NCBI RefSeq assembly: GCF_009931435.1
Contig: NZ_CP043414.1
Length of the DNA stretch: 64,000 nucleotides
DNA from: Escherichia coli
Lineage (GTDB): Bacteria; Pseudomonadota; Gammaproteobacteria; Enterobacterales; Enterobacteriaceae
Strand: one strand, 5' to 3'
The translations under genes and the position numbers were made by a program. The notes beneath the pieces were generated by a model. It was given only the letters and a program-made list of their open reading frames with translations, was not told the DNA's origin and searched no databases. Of the stretch, positions 42,688 through 53,891 are shown one piece after another; position 1 is the stretch's first letter, and each line of letters begins with the position of its first letter.

Positions 42688-43213
42688 CTCCTTGTTGGGT
42701 AAGGAGTCTTTCGTAGAGGTGGGCGTTTTCTTCATCATAACAGACAAAGTATACCTGTTCGGGTAAAGCGTGACGGGTAATAAATTCTGAAACGGTTTTT
42801 ACTGCGATTTCAGCCGCTGCCGCACGAGGGTAACCATAAACCCCAGTACTAATTGCAGGAAAAGCCACTGACGTATAGCTGTTTGCCGCCACCAGTCGTA
42901 GGCTATTGAGATAGGCATCCTGCAAAAGCTGGTCTTCGTTTTGTTCACCACCACGCCAGACTGGCCCGACGGTGTGCACTACGGCTTTAGCGGGAAGATC
43001 GCCTGCAAGCGTAATAACGGCATGCCCCGTAGGGCAATCGCCCTGCTGTTGCCTGACTTTTAAACAGGCATCCAGAAGGGCCGGACCCGCTGCGCGATGA
43101 ATGGCTCCATCGACGCCGCCGCCTCCCATTAATGACGGATTAGCCGCATTCACAATCACATCAACGGCCAGTTTGGTAATATCACCCTGCACAACATGAA
43201 TACGCGTTTTCAT
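42680..43213 (-). CDS. ymdB: macrodomain O-acetyl-ADP-ribose deacetylase YmdB
   Basis: 177-aa [46 protein letters not shown]... Confidence 0.95.
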
Positions 43214-43307
43214 AACGCCTCCTTACACCTTCTTGTTTCTTAAGTGTACAGCAGGCTTTTTGGTTAAATCGCATTTTTCTGCTCAGCAAGGTGAGTTGTT
43301 CAGAAAC

Positions 43308-43687
<380 letters not shown>

Positions 43688-43688
43688 C

Positions 43689-44072
<384 letters not shown>

Positions 44073-44130
44073 ATTCTTCTCCCGAAAAAAAACAGGGCTT
44101 GCGCCCTGTTTCTTTAATACAGAGGATGTA

Positions 44131-44586
44131 TTAGTACTGATGAGCGGTCGCGTTGTTACCAAAGCCAACCTGAGTGACGTTAACGCTGGAGTTAGATGCA
44201 GTCTGGTCAACAGCAGCACCGTTACCGCCACCGAACTGTTTAACAGTCATAGTAGAATCTTTACCATTCCACTGATCAAGAGTGGCGCTGTTACCGAAGC
44301 CACGCTGAGTCAGATCGATTGAGCTGTCATCTGAGCCCTGACCAACATCTGCACCGTTACCACCGCCATGCTGGGTAATAGTCAAGTCAGAGTTACGGGC
44401 ATCAGTTTGCAGAGCAAGTGCAGAGTTACCGCCACCGTACTGGTAAATGTTCAGCTCTGAATTTGGGCCGCTATTATTACCGCCACCACCGTGGTTACCG
44501 CCGCCGCCGTACTGAGGAACAACACCTGCCAGAGCGCTACCAGAGAATACGATTGCTGCAATTGCTGCTACTTTTAAAAGTTTCAT
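44131..44586 (-). CDS. csgA: major curlin subunit CsgA
   Basis: 151-aa ORF MKLLKVAAIAAIVFSGSALAGVVPQYGGGGNHGGGGNNSGPNSELNIYQYGGGNSALALQ... with five imperfect Q/N-rich amyloid repeats. Confidence 0.96.
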   Translation of the reverse strand: MKLLKVAAIAAIVFSGSALAGVVPQYGGGGNHGGGGNNSGPNSELNIYQYGGGNSALALQTDARNSDLTITQHGGGNGADVGQGSDDSSIDLTQRGFGNSATLDQWNGKDSTMTVKQFGGGNGAAVDQTASNSSVNVTQVGFGNNATAHQY

Positions 44587-44626
44587 GTAAAACCCCCATC
44601 GGATTGATTTAAAAGTCGAATGGAAA

Positions 44627-45082
44627 TTAACGTTGTGTCACGCGAATAGCCATTTGCGACTGTCTCTGCACTACAATTGCCGTTTTTTGAGTACCATACT
44701 GTGTAATATTTGCTTTATTACCAGAACCTTTCTGGATAATCATCGCAGTATTACCATAAGCACCTTGCGAAATACTGGCATCGTTGGCATTGCCCGCCTG
44801 ATCAATATATGCAAGGTTATAATCTCCTGTCTGGTCAATCTTTGCCCGGTTGCTACTACCTTCTTGCGCAACAACCGCCAAAAGTTTTGAGCCTCCCTGC
44901 CGTAACTGAGCACTATTATTAGTCCCAGCTTGACCAATTATGGCTGCCTGATTAAATGAAGACTTACTCAATTCATTTACCGCGAAGTTATATTCTGAAT
45001 TAGCTAAATCATAACCTGCTGCGGCTGCAATCCCAGGCGCACCCAGTATTGTTAACATCATAAATAACAATTTGTTTTTCAT
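44627..45082 (-). CDS. csgB: minor curlin subunit / nucleator CsgB
   Basis: Track ORF trimmed to ATG at 45080-45082 (MKNKLLFMMLTILGAPGIAAAAGYDLANSEYNF...), 151 aa. Confidence 0.93.
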   Translation of the reverse strand: MKNKLLFMMLTILGAPGIAAAAGYDLANSEYNFAVNELSKSSFNQAAIIGQAGTNNSAQLRQGGSKLLAVVAQEGSSNRAKIDQTGDYNLAYIDQAGNANDASISQGAYGNTAMIIQKGSGNKANITQYGTQKTAIVVQRQSQMAIRVTQR

Positions 45083-45837
45083 GTTGTCACCCTGGACCTG
45101 GTCGTACATTTAAGAAATTAAATCATTTCAACTTAGTTGTTAACGCAACCTGTATTTTGTTAACGCCGCGTTACGATGGAAAGTATGTCTGCGGAAATAT
45201 TTTTAATAACTCACCCGCGCGTTGTATTTTTCTTTTTTTGTTCATACCAAAGTATTAAAACCCACGTAAATACGCTGTTATCTACGCAAAAAAAATATTT
45301 TGTTTTCTTTTAAATTTCGGTTTTCCGCAATCAAAAATCACCAGACAGTCATTCTTCTTGCCCGTCGCTGATTGCTGCGATATGTCTTGCGCACAAGCCG
45401 TGACAAACCTCGTCTTTTTGCAGTAAAAAATTGTCCACGGAGGTGTGGAGAAAAAACAAGAACGTTTTACATGACGAAAGGACTACACCGAAATATTTTT
45501 TATATGCATTATTAGCAAGTTAGCACCATTTGTATGATTTTTTAAAATTGTGCAAGAAAAACCAAATGTACAACTTTTCTATCATTTCTAAACTTAATAA
45601 AACCTTAAGATTAACATTTTAATATAACAAGTTACATTTAGTTACATGTTTAACACTTGATTTAAGATTTGTAATGGCTAGATTGAAATCAGATGTAATC
45701 CATTAGTTTTATATTTTACCCATTTAGGGCTGATTTATTACTACACACAGCAGTGCAACATCTGTCAGTACTTCTGGTGCTTCTATTTTAGAGGCAGCTG
45801 TCAGGTGTGCGATCAATAAAAAAAGCGGGGTTTCATC
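45083..45837. promoter_or_regulatory. csgBAC / csgDEFG divergent control region
   Basis: 755-bp AT-rich divergent spacer; the csgD -10 candidate TAGATT at 45679-45684 places the start site about 148 nt upstream of the csgD ATG. Confidence 0.7.
45631..45656 (+). promoter_or_regulatory. OmpR-binding site of the csgD promoter
   Basis: gttacatttagttacatgtttaacac, tandem GTTACAT half-sites just upstream of the csgD -35 region. Confidence 0.6.
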
Positions 45838-46488
<651 letters not shown>

Positions 46489-46492
46489 AGCC

Positions 46493-46882
46493 ATGAAACG
46501 TTATTTACGCTGGATTGTGGCGGCAGAATTCCTGTTCGCCGCAGGGAATCTTCACGCCGTTGAGGTAGAAGTCCCGGGCTTGTTAACTGACCATACTGTT
46601 TCATCAATTGGCCATGATTTTTACCGAGCCTTTAGTGATAAATGGGAAAGTGACTATACGGGTAACTTAACGATTAATGAAAGGCCCAGTGCACGATGGG
46701 GAAGTTGGATCACAATAACGGTCAATCAGGACGTTATTTTCCAGACTTTTTTATTCCCGTTGAAAAGAGACTTCGAAAAAACTGTCGTCTTTGCACTGAT
46801 TCAAACTGAAGAAGCACTAAATCGTCGCCAGATAAATCAGGCGTTATTGAGTACGGGCGATTTGGCGCATGATGAATTCTAA
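46493..46882 (+). CDS. csgE: curli secretion specificity factor CsgE
   Basis: 129-aa [41 protein letters not shown]... Confidence 0.95.
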
Positions 46883-46906
46883 ATAAAAAATTGTTCGGAG
46901 GCTGCA

Positions 46907-47323
46907 ATGCGTGTCAAACATGCAGTAGTTCTACTCATGCTTATTTCGCCTTTAAGTTGGGCTGGAACCATGACTTTCCAGTTCCGTAATCCAAACTTTG
47001 GTGGTAACCCAAATAATGGCGCTTTTTTATTAAATAGCGCCCAGGCACAGAACTCGTATAAAGATCCGAGCTATAACGATGACTTTGGTATTGAAACGCC
47101 ATCAGCGTTAGATAACTTTACCCAGGCCATCCAGTCACAAATTTTAGGTGGGCTACTGTCGAATATTAATACCGGTAAACCGGGCCGCATGGTGACCAAC
47201 GATTATATTGTCGATATCGCTAACCGCGATGGTCAATTGCAGTTGAATGTGACGGATCGCAAAACCGGACAAACCTCGACCATCCAGGTTTCGGGTTTAC
47301 AAAATAACTCAACCGATTTTTAA
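46907..47323 (+). CDS. csgF: curli assembly protein CsgF
   Basis: 138-aa [47 protein letters not shown]... Confidence 0.95.
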
Positions 47324-47349
47324 GCCCCAGCTTCATAAGGAAAATAATC

Positions 47350-48183
47350 ATGCAGCGCTTATTTCTTTTGGTTGCCGTCATGTTACTGAGCGGATGCTTA
47401 ACCGCCCCGCCTAAAGAAGCCGCCAGACCGACATTAATGCCTCGTGCTCAGAGCTACAAAGATTTGACCCATCTGCCAGCGCCGACGGGTAAGATCTTTG
47501 TTTCGGTATACAACATTCAGGACGAAACCGGGCAATTTAAACCCTACCCGGCAAGTAACTTCTCCACTGCTGTTCCGCAAAGCGCCACGGCAATGCTGGT
47601 CACGGCATTGAAAGATTCTCGCTGGTTTATACCGCTGGAGCGCCAGGGCTTACAAAACCTGCTTAACGAGCGCAAGATTATTCGTGCAGCACAAGAAAAC
47701 GGCACGGTTGCCATTAATAACCGAATCCCGCTGCAATCTTTAACGGCGGCAAATATCATGGTTGAAGGTTCGATTATCGGTTATGAAAGCAACGTTAAAT
47801 CGGGCGGTGTTGGGGCAAGATATTTTGGGATCGGTGCCGACACGCAATACCAGCTCGATCAGATTGCCGTGAACCTGCGTGTCGTCAATGTGAGTACCGG
47901 TGAGATCCTCTCCTCGGTGAACACCAGTAAGACGATACTTTCCTATGAAGTTCAGGCGGGGGTCTTCCGCTTTATTGACTACCAGCGCTTGCTGGAAGGG
48001 GAAGTAGGTTACACCTCGAACGAACCCGTTATGCTGTGCCTGATGTCGGCTATCGAAACAGGCGTCATTTTCCTGATTAATGATGGTATCGACCGCGGTC
48101 TTTGGGATTTGCAGAACAAAGCAGAACGGCAGAATGACATTCTGGTGAAATACCGCCATATGTCGGTTCCACCGGAATCCTGA
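47350..48183 (+). CDS. csgG: curli secretion channel lipoprotein CsgG
   Basis: 277-aa ORF MQRLFLLVAVMLLSGCLTAPPKEAARPTLMPRAQSYKDL... (lipobox LSGC). Confidence 0.96.
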   Translation: MQRLFLLVAVMLLSGCLTAPPKEAARPTLMPRAQSYKDLTHLPAPTGKIFVSVYNIQDETGQFKPYPASNFSTAVPQSATAMLVTALKDSRWFIPLERQGLQNLLNERKIIRAAQENGTVAINNRIPLQSLTAANIMVEGSIIGYESNVKSGGVGARYFGIGADTQYQLDQIAVNLRVVNVSTGEILSSVNTSKTILSYEVQAGVFRFIDYQRLLEGEVGYTSNEPVMLCLMSAIETGVIFLINDGIDRGLWDLQNKAERQNDILVKYRHMSVPPES

Positions 48184-48192
48184 TAGATAAAA

Positions 48193-48220
48193 ATGCCGGA
48201 ATTATCATCCGGCATTTTAC
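48193..48220 (+). terminator. intrinsic terminator after csgG
   Basis: atgccgga-attatca-tccggcat followed by tttac. Confidence 0.65.
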
Positions 48221-48233
48221 TGTTCAAGCGAAA

Positions 48234-48261
48234 GCGTGAGTGCCCCTCACGCTTTATTTTT
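48234..48261 (+). terminator. second hairpin/T-tract terminator; overlaps the ycdZ stop codon
   Basis: gcgtgag-tgccc-ctcacgc followed by tttatttttg. Confidence 0.55.
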
Positions 48262-48738
48262 GATTTGCTGCTCACGGTGAGCCGTCTTTGCACTACGCGC
48301 CGCCAGCCACAAGCCGCTGTTTTTCATTGCGTAACCAAATACCAGTCCAAGCGCCAGCGAAGGTAACACCAGTTTCCAGTCACCCTGCCCGGCAAACGTC
48401 GCGCATGCGCCTATAAACGTCCCCGGAACAAATGAAAGCAGCAGCTGTTTCGCCTGAATACACATCAGAAACGCGACAATACCGGTTATGACATAACCGA
48501 GAATTTCCAGATGTGGTGCCAGTGCACTACCGTAAATAATGACCATCGCCCACACCACGCCACTAAGCAGGGTTGCAGCGGAGATCGCCAGCCCTTTCAG
48601 CCCACCTTGCGGGCAGGCAAAGTAGGCCGTACAGCCCAGGAAGCCCGCCCAGCTTAGTAAGCCCAGGGAAACAGCCACCCATCCCCAGATACCGGAGAGA
48701 ATGCCTGTTGTGATTGCAATAGAGAGAAGTATGTTCAT
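48247..48738 (-). CDS. ycdZ: inner-membrane protein YcdZ (DUF1097)
   Basis: Track ORF trimmed to ATG at 48736-48738 (MNILLSIAITTGILSGIWGWVAVSLGLL...), 163 aa. Confidence 0.88.
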   Translation of the reverse strand: MNILLSIAITTGILSGIWGWVAVSLGLLSWAGFLGCTAYFACPQGGLKGLAISAATLLSGVVWAMVIIYGSALAPHLEILGYVITGIVAFLMCIQAKQLLLSFVPGTFIGACATFAGQGDWKLVLPSLALGLVFGYAMKNSGLWLAARSAKTAHREQQIKNKA

Positions 48739-48839
48739 GCCGCGCATGATAGCAGAAAACGCGGCCATGAATGAGATCGAGCACACATTTTATGCAACAA
48801 CAAATTATCTGTTGCAGTTATGAGTGATGGAGATCACAT

Positions 48840-49394
48840 TTACTCTTCAGAATCTTCTTCCAGCTCGTCCCACATTGCACTAATAGCATCGCGGGTTAGC
48901 GGTGCCATGGTGCGCCAGAAAGGCGTAGTTGCATGGGCCTCCACTTTGCCAAGGAACGCACCACACCAGGGTAACAGATACTCACTGAACAGTGTTTCCA
49001 GTGCTTCGCTCTCATCTTCCGTTGACTGATCTTCCAGCCAGGAAGCCGCGAGCAGCAATGTACCGATGTGATCGGCTGGCGTATCCGCTAATGGCATCCC
49101 TCGTTCGGAAAGAAAAGCGCGCACTTCCGCTTCCGTCGCGCCCTCAACCCATGCGCTACGATATGGCGGCACAGCACATTCATCGCCGATAAACAACGCA
49201 TTGTATTCGGCAGAGACTTGCGCCATATCACAGCTTTTCTGTAAACGTGTCAGTAACTCATCCTGCTCCAGTGGCCAGTTCGCAGCCAGTTTCCCCTCAC
49301 GAATCAGGGTAAACAGCGGCACCAGTAAAGGATCTTGCGGTTGGCGGTAATAGAGCGAACCCAGCACACGACAGAGGATAGAAAACTCGTTCAT
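48840..49394 (-). CDS. ycdY: TorD-family redox enzyme maturation chaperone YcdY
   Basis: 184-aa ORF MNEFSILCRVLGSLYYRQPQDPLLVPLFTLIREGKLAANWPLEQ... Confidence 0.92.
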   Translation of the reverse strand: MNEFSILCRVLGSLYYRQPQDPLLVPLFTLIREGKLAANWPLEQDELLTRLQKSCDMAQVSAEYNALFIGDECAVPPYRSAWVEGATEAEVRAFLSERGMPLADTPADHIGTLLLAASWLEDQSTEDESEALETLFSEYLLPWCGAFLGKVEAHATTPFWRTMAPLTRDAISAMWDELEEDSEE

Positions 49395-49417
49395 TAATAT
49401 ATTTCCATTACTAGTAA

Positions 49418-50155
49418 TTAAAGGTCTGCAAATTCCGCAATCGGTGCCATACCACGAGATTCAAGGAAGTTCAGTAAGCGGCGCGGAGAAACATTCAAAA
49501 TGCGCTCTGGCGGAAAATCTACCGCGTCGAGGATTTTAAGACACTCTTCAAATTCACCCATGGTAAACGCGGTGTGAGAATCCGAGCCTAATGCCACCCA
49601 ACCTCCAGCGTCACGTACCGCTGCGGCTACCGCACGACAGTTGTCTTCACTGCCCTTACGTGAGTGTAAAAATGAGGAATTATTGATTTCCAGCGCCACC
49701 TGATGTTTCGCAGCTGCTTCAGCAACGGCTTTAACATCTATTTCATATTTCGGATTTCCGGGATGGCTTATTATATGCACATTGCCGCTGGCGATAGTGG
49801 CGATCATCGCTTGCGTATTGGTCGCTTTGTCATGCGGCGCAAACACCGGCTCATGAAAACCGGCAATAATCAGATCCAGCGAATCAAACATTTTGCCACT
49901 GCAGTCAATTTCACCGTCAACATTTTTAATGTTAGCTTCGATCCCGCGCAGGATCCCAACCCCATCAACCACTCGCGGCCAGATACGCATGTTAATGAAG
50001 TGCCAGTGATGCGGCGCATCTTCCATATCCGGGCCATGATCGGTGATCGCAAAAAGTTTAATGCCCTTTTGTTTGGCCTGGGCAATGTAATCACTCAATG
50101 TGCTATATGCATGCGTGCTAGCAACGGTATGCATATGAAGGTCGACGGGATACAT
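49418..50155 (-). CDS. ycdX: PHP-domain zinc phosphatase YcdX
   Basis: 245-aa [56 protein letters not shown]... Confidence 0.93.
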
Positions 50156-50209
50156 AACTCTCTCCTGTATTCAATTCCCGCCAAGGATAGCAGGAAACCT
50201 GATGCTTTA

Positions 50210-51187
<978 letters not shown>

Positions 51188-51381
51188 TTATCGTTATGAT
51201 CTACAAAGGCCACCAGCATAACAAATCCGTGGTCGGTGGCAAAAAAAGCAGATTTCGCTTATTAAAACTGCATATTGATTGAAGTTTGAATAAACGCGCG
51301 ATTTTTTTAAAAAGTTTGTTGACCTCAGGTCATGATTTCCCTAAATTAGCGCCCGTTCCAGCAAGACAGGAACGACAATTT

Positions 51382-51469
51382 GGTGAGGTGTCCGAGTGGC
51401 TGAAGGAGCACGCCTGGAAAGTGTGTATACGGCAACGTATCGGGGGTTCGAATCCCCCCCTCACCGCCA
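51382..51469 (+). tRNA. serX: tRNA-Ser (anticodon GGA), CCA encoded
   Basis: ggtgaggtgtccgagtggctgaaggagcacgcctggaaagtgtgtatacggcaacgtatcgggggttcgaatccccccctcaccgcca; long variable arm, T-loop GGTTCGAATCC, anticodon GGA. Confidence 0.93.
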
Positions 51470-51931
51470 TCTTTAAAGAAGAGCTCGTACGAAAGTACGG
51501 GCTTTTTTTTCGTATATTGCACACACCGGGGGGATGAGAAGCCCCGACAGGGGTTCGACAACTGGCGACAGCCAGTTGGACAGACCGTGAACGCAGTGAG
51601 CGGGCTGCCCGCAGGGCGAGCGAAGCGAGTCAATCCCCCCCTCACCGCCATCTTTAAAGAAGAGCTCGTACGAAAGTACGGGCTTTTTTTTTGTATATTG
51701 CACACACCGGGGGGATGAGAAGCCCCGACAGGGGTTCGACAACTGGCGACAGCCAGTTGGACAGACCGTGAACGCAGTGAGCGGGCTGCCCGCAGGGCGA
51801 GCGAAGCGAGTCAATCCCCCCCTCACCGCCATCTTTAAAGAAGAGCTCGTACGAAGGTACGGGCTTTTTTTTCGTATATTGCACACACCGGGGGATGAAA
51901 AGCCCCGACCGGGGTTCGACAACTGGCGACA
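51470..51931 (+). repeat. tRNA-linked tandem direct repeat array: about 2.5 copies of a 181-bp unit, each ending with the 3'-terminal 19 nt of serX
   Basis: Copies at 51470-51650, 51651-51831 and a truncated copy at 51832-51931. Copies 1 and 2 differ by one C/T; copy 3 has about four substitutions or indels. The tRNA 3'-end motif aatccccccctcaccgcca recurs at 51451-51469, 51632-51650 and 51813-51831. Confidence 0.9.
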
Positions 51932-51934
51932 AAC

Positions 51935-53302
51935 TCAATCATCATCCTTGCAGTTGATAAGAATTTCTGCCTCTTTTACAACTATCTTATTACGTCCGGT
52001 TTCTTTCGCTTCATATAGTGCATTATCAGCCATTCGATAGATTTCATTCGGATTTAACGCACTTCCCTGAGTCACCACAGCGCCAATGCTAATCGTCACT
52101 TTTTGCGGTATGGCGTATTCAGGATTATCGCCTGTCAAACGCTCTACATTTGCCCTTATCCTTTCGGCTAAAACTTTCGCGCTTTCAGTATCGGTCTCCG
52201 TCAGCAAGACGCCAAACTCTTCGCCGCCAACGCGTGCTAAAAGGTCATTTGGTCGTATGCTTTTCCCAATGATGCTCACCACTGTTTTTATCACCTGATC
52301 GCCAACCGGATGCCCCCACGTATCGTTAACTTTTTTAAAGTGATCGATATCCATAATCATGACACAATAAGACGTTTTTTGGGCTGATGCTGATTGAGCC
52401 TTCAGTTCATTGAAAAAATAATTCCTGTTAAATATATTAGTTAATGGATCGCGATGGGCAATGTTCTTTGTTACTCGTAGCGCACTGAAAATATGGCACA
52501 TAAATATTACCATAACGGTTAATTTACTGACTACTTCAATAGTGCGGCTAATATACCAAGTGGACACACTATACCTGCTCATAAATAACAGAGAGATATT
52601 ATACAGCACGGCACAGAAAGCAATCACTGATACTCCATTCCAGATATCACAGCGTAAACCATTAAAGTATAGATTAACCAAAAGCAAGATTAACCACATG
52701 AAAATTATTATGGTAACATATGAGGTTTTCCAGACTACCTGACCATTTTCATTTGTTAACTCGGCAATATGTAAACTGTAGTCATCATAATGACTACTTA
52801 GCATGTGAGCAACTGCCGCCCCCCCATAAATAAAAAATAGGCTTATACACAATGTCATTTTTTTGGAAAAAAAACAGCGTTTCTTATTGTTTTCACTAAC
52901 TTTATTCACCAGCGCTAGCAATATTAACATGCACAAACTCATCTGACGAAACAAATAATAAATTGCAATATCATTTTGTACAACGCTGCTTATCAAATGC
53001 CCCTCAATAAATTGCTGAATGATAATGACAGTTTTAACAAAGTAAATCAAACAACTCAGAAACGCTAAACTAAGTATACAGTTTGAAAATTGCACACGAT
53101 CATAAATGAAATACAATTGCATGAAAATAAATGCAACGGTATCGATAAAAAATAAAGCAATCATAACCATTAGATAGGTTGATCGTGGAACAACCTCCTC
53201 AACGGTTGGCTGATTAAACCAACTATTTACCAAAACGAATGCAAGCCCAAACAATAAGCTCACCAATACAGTACTACTAATTCCCAAATAGTCTTTTTCC
53301 AT
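51935..53302 (-). CDS. dgcT: diguanylate cyclase DgcT (YcdT), MASE4 membrane domain plus GGDEF
   Basis: Track ORF trimmed to ATG at 53300-53302 (MEKDYLGISSTVLVSLLFGLAFVLVNSWF...), about 455 aa; GGDEF active-site variant RVGGEEFGVLL. Confidence 0.9.
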   Translation of the reverse strand: MEKDYLGISSTVLVSLLFGLAFVLVNSWFNQPTVEEVVPRSTYLMVMIALFFIDTVAFIFMQLYFIYDRVQFSNCILSLAFLSCLIYFVKTVIIIQQFIEGHLISSVVQNDIAIYYLFRQMSLCMLILLALVNKVSENNKKRCFFSKKMTLCISLFFIYGGAAVAHMLSSHYDDYSLHIAELTNENGQVVWKTSYVTIIIFMWLILLLVNLYFNGLRCDIWNGVSVIAFCAVLYNISLLFMSRYSVSTWYISRTIEVVSKLTVMVIFMCHIFSALRVTKNIAHRDPLTNIFNRNYFFNELKAQSASAQKTSYCVMIMDIDHFKKVNDTWGHPVGDQVIKTVVSIIGKSIRPNDLLARVGGEEFGVLLTETDTESAKVLAERIRANVERLTGDNPEYAIPQKVTISIGAVVTQGSALNPNEIYRMADNALYEAKETGRNKIVVKEAEILINCKDDD

Positions 53303-53649
53303 AAAGCTACACCAATCTGTAGGTTGTAGATCCCTTTCTGTCACTAATAGATATAAGAACTGTACTGTTGTCAATATAAAAATCCACCACAAACAATACC
53401 AATGATGATAGTTGCAGACCGCAATTATTATTACCTTAGTGCTTTATACATTCTTCGCGACAAGACAGGCTTGCAAATACATATAAATGGTTATAAGGAA
53501 ATCCTTATAAAACATTAATTCATAGATATATTAGGAATAACAATTGAATCCGTGAGTACAGTAACGCTGCATTTCATCAGGACTTTCGAAAAATCCGATA
53601 TCATGCATCGGAATTTACTGATTTAATTATTTTAATCCTAATTTATTTT

Positions 53650-53891
53650 GAAAAAGGCATTGGAATTTATGCCGTATTCCTGAAGTTCCTCATCATTGGA
53701 ATGGATTTTCGGGCGAGAAAAGGATTTTATATGGATACTCTACTCATCATTTCTTCTTCTCATCATCAACAATTCACGTCTCTCTTCCGCGTTTAATAAC
53801 GGATTATGATGTGCATAAAAAATATCTTTCGTTTCAGTTACCTGTAATTAGATACAGAGAGAGATTTTGGCAATACATGGAGTAATACAGG
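53650..53891 (+). promoter_or_regulatory. pgaA 5' leader with multiple GGA motifs (CsrA-type)
   Basis: GGA motifs recur in ...ttggaatggatt..aaaggatt..tatggata..cggattatg..catggagtaatacaggATG, including one in the Shine-Dalgarno. The pgaA leader is a known CsrA target; boundaries estimated. Confidence 0.5.

Noticed and set aside
51470-51931. Possible CRISPR array, suggested by regularly spaced identical short motifs
   Set aside because: The period is 181 bp and the whole unit is repeated, so there are no unique spacers between short repeats, and no cas genes are nearby.
51286-52040. ORFs of 83-149 aa overlapping serX and the 181-bp repeats on both strands
   Set aside because: They read through the tRNA and the repeats, so the same peptide segment recurs with each repeat copy. 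This is an artefact of tandem duplication, not evidence of a protein gene.
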